From IMG/VR virus record IMGVR_UViG_3300044788_000074, positions 1 to 25,110 of that record: a stretch of DNA of 25,110 bases; one strand, written 5' to 3'. Positions 23,192 through 25,110 of this stretch are shown one piece after another; position 1 is the stretch's first letter, and each line of letters opens with the position of its first letter. A program made the position numbers and the translations under genes. The DNA is from a virus. Lineage: Duplodnaviria; Caudoviricetes. Under the pieces are notes generated by a model. It was not told the DNA's origin. It worked only from the letters and a program-made list of their open reading frames with translations, and did no database searches.

Positions 23192-23662
23192 TCAGTCGTC
23201 GATGAGCTGCCCGTCGTCGTCGCGGGGGCAGTCGCATCCGCACGCGCAGTCCGCGTGTTCGGCGCCCGTGCCGTAGCAGCGGCAGTGACCTTCGCCGCAG
23301 GCCTCACGCTCGGCCTGCTGCTCGCCGACAACGGGCCGCGCGTACTCGTCGGGCGCGTCGATACCGAGGCGTTCGAGGACGGCGCGCAGGATCGTGCCCG
23401 CGTCAGCGCCTTCCTCGCCCGCCGAGCCTTCGACGGCGTGCCAGGCGGCGCTGTGCTCGTTCGGTGTGAGACGGCGGCGCTCCGCCTTGGACTGCTGCGC
23501 CTCGTCGGGCATCTGGCGCAGCAGGGCGGTAGCCCAGCGAGCGCCCTTGTCGAACGCGGCGGTGAACCCGCTGGGGTAGGGGGTGGCGTCCACCGCGTCG
23601 GCGGCTTCTCGCAGGATCGCGGTGCGGTTGGCGGCTTCGGTGTTGAGCGGGCGGTCGGTCAC
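23192..23662 (-). CDS. Mosaic phage hypothetical protein with a Cys-rich tail (156 aa)
   Basis: RBS AGGAG; AILREAAD and CACGCDC motifs. Confidence 0.72.
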   Translation of the reverse strand: MTDRPLNTEAANRTAILREAADAVDATPYPSGFTAAFDKGARWATALLRQMPDEAQQSKAERRRLTPNEHSAAWHAVEGSAGEEGADAGTILRAVLERLGIDAPDEYARPVVGEQQAEREACGEGHCRCYGTGAEHADCACGCDCPRDDDGQLIDD

Positions 23663-23841
23663 GGTGCTGCTCCTAGGTTGGTGGTCCGGCGTGCGGTGCG
23701 GTGTCGCGAGGCCCTGCGTGCCCGTCTAAGGCTTCGGGAGGGTCCCGCGCCACCCGAGCCGCCTTCCGGCCCTGTGCGGGCGTGTGACGGCCACTGGAAG
23801 CCCGGGAAACGGGAACAGCGGGCTACGAGGCGGCGCGGAGA

Positions 23842-24786
23842 TCAGGCGGCATCGTCGACAGTGACGGGCTGTCCGGAGCGGCACGCCCAGGGGGAGCAGC
23901 CGTCGGGGTCGCCCTGCTCCAACTCCGCATCAGCGATCTGGCCGAAGATGTCGGTCTGCTTGGACGCCCACTCGTGCGCCGTGACCCGGTCGATCGGCGC
24001 CTGATCCAGCGGAAGCCGGGAGCGGTGGAGGTACGCCTCGCCGAGGAGCGGCTTGCCGACGGCGTTGCCCCGGGCGTTGCCCGACCGGATCTCCGCGTCG
24101 AAGGCCACCGCGTCCGCCCAGTCGGCAGGCGCCTCGTCCCGCATCCGCCGCCACTGGGCATTGCCGTGGAACGGGCACCCGATGCACGCACTCTTCGGCG
24201 TGGACGCGAAGCCGTTGGCGCGCAGGTACCGAATGCAGTCGTCGCGCGTCCAACCCTGCATTCCGTCCGCCCCCCCCGTGAGGTCAAGCAGCGGGAACGC
24301 GTTGCGCATGTACAGCACGTCGGCGTCCTTGGCGCGGCCGATCTCGTCGCGGCTGATACCGATCCACTGCTCGACGTACACGCCGCGCGGGACCGGGACC
24401 GGGTGCGGGTAGCCGAGGAGCTGCCGGGTCTTCTTCTTGATCGGCTTGACCTTGTACTCGTTCGAGCACTGGCGTCGGGTCATGCCGTCGCCGCCGTCCT
24501 GGTTCTTGATGAACAGCGGCATCGAGGCGAAGCGGTGGGCCGGGTCGAGGGCGTCGTTGCGGATGCTGCCCTCGGTGACTCGGTAGATCGGGATTCCGGC
24601 AGGCCGGGCGATCTCCCGCTCCAGGCGGTCGAGGTGGGCGTAGACGGTGCCGGGTTCCCACTGGGTGTCGGAGAAGATCGCGCCGTCCAGCTTCGGGAGA
24701 CGCCCCTCGGCGGCGAGCATCAGGACGGTGGTGGATTGAACTCCGGCGCCGAGGCTGAGAAGTCGGAGGGCGGGTGCGGTGCTCAT
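23842..24786 (-). CDS. PP-loop adenine nucleotide alpha-hydrolase (PAPS-reductase-like) protein (314 aa)
   Basis: LSLGAGVQST PP-loop variant, IFSDTQWE, RQCS.EYKVKPI, WIGISRDE, FPLL, KSACIGCPFH; RBS AAGGAG. Confidence 0.8.
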   Translation of the reverse strand: MSTAPALRLLSLGAGVQSTTVLMLAAEGRLPKLDGAIFSDTQWEPGTVYAHLDRLEREIARPAGIPIYRVTEGSIRNDALDPAHRFASMPLFIKNQDGGDGMTRRQCSNEYKVKPIKKKTRQLLGYPHPVPVPRGVYVEQWIGISRDEIGRAKDADVLYMRNAFPLLDLTGGADGMQGWTRDDCIRYLRANGFASTPKSACIGCPFHGNAQWRRMRDEAPADWADAVAFDAEIRSGNARGNAVGKPLLGEAYLHRSRLPLDQAPIDRVTAHEWASKQTDIFGQIADAELEQGDPDGCSPWACRSGQPVTVDDAA

Positions 24787-24864
24787 CGGTGCTGCTCCTT
24801 CACGCGGTGCTGATCAACCGGGTGTCCGGTTTGGGTGGGGTGGGGTGGTACCGGGTACGGGCAG

Positions 24865-25035
24865 TCAGGCGCCCCGGGTGTCGGTGTCGTCGCCCGGGTC
24901 GGCGGCGGCGTGTTCGGCACGCGCCTGGTCGTAGGTGATGCCGCACCTGGTGCAGTCGCCGGGGTGGTCCATGGATCCGCGTGGGGGTGTCACGGCGTGC
25001 TGGTGGGTGCAGGGCTGGGTGTCGGCGGCGGTCAT
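24865..25035 (-). CDS. Small CxH...CxxC protein (56 aa), absent from the ORF track
   Basis: MTAADTQPCTHQH...PGDCTRCGITY...; RBS AGGAG. Confidence 0.65.
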   Translation of the reverse strand: MTAADTQPCTHQHAVTPPRGSMDHPGDCTRCGITYDQARAEHAAADPGDDTDTRGA

Positions 25036-25110
25036 GGGGTGTCTCCTGGTCTGTCCGGGTTGGTGTGGTTCGCCCGGGTGGTGGTTGGCGGGCGGGTCAG
25101 GCGGCTTGGG

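Larger units (their letters stand above)
1..25110. mobile_element. Segment of a temperate siphovirus/prophage of a high-GC actinobacterium (likely Streptomyces)
   Basis: Syntenic terS-terL-portal-MuF-scaffold-capsid-connector-tail genes plus phage-type accessory genes. No housekeeping genes and no element boundaries in the window. Confidence 0.95.

Noticed and set aside
23663-23841. Possible small gene or ncRNA in the gap after the PP-loop gene
   Set aside because: No ORF with a convincing start, RBS and codon bias, and no clear stable structure recognised.
23842-24786. Annotation as cysH or queC
   Set aside because: It lacks the canonical SGGxDS loop, the CysH ECGLH tail and any pathway neighbours; only a superfamily-level call is justified.

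Overview
High-GC actinobacterial DNA, most likely Streptomyces, covering part of a temperate siphovirus or prophage. No host genes, integrase or att site are visible. Positions 1-9717 (minus strand) hold a contiguous packaging, head and tail-start module: terS, terL, portal, MuF-like protein, scaffold, major capsid, head-tail joining genes and the major tail protein. Positions 9805-20158 are accessory and contain two divergent HTH switches. One sits next to a four-gene operon that includes a PP2C-type phosphatase. The other sits next to a largely translationally coupled operon of about 12 genes: zinc-finger microproteins missed by the ORF track, a DUF2637/Spd-like membrane-HTH protein, a membrane-anchored NERD nuclease, small membrane proteins, and a membrane protein with a TraB-like wHTH tail but no FtsK motor. 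The two putative membrane DNA-binding genes each carry a dense array of their own short DNA motif inside the coding sequence. This operon is the best candidate for an undescribed system, possibly phage DNA tethering or intramycelial spread. Positions 20493-25110 hold mosaic early-type genes and a PP-loop (PAPS-reductase-like) enzyme. All family calls come from motif recognition by eye; no database search was run.
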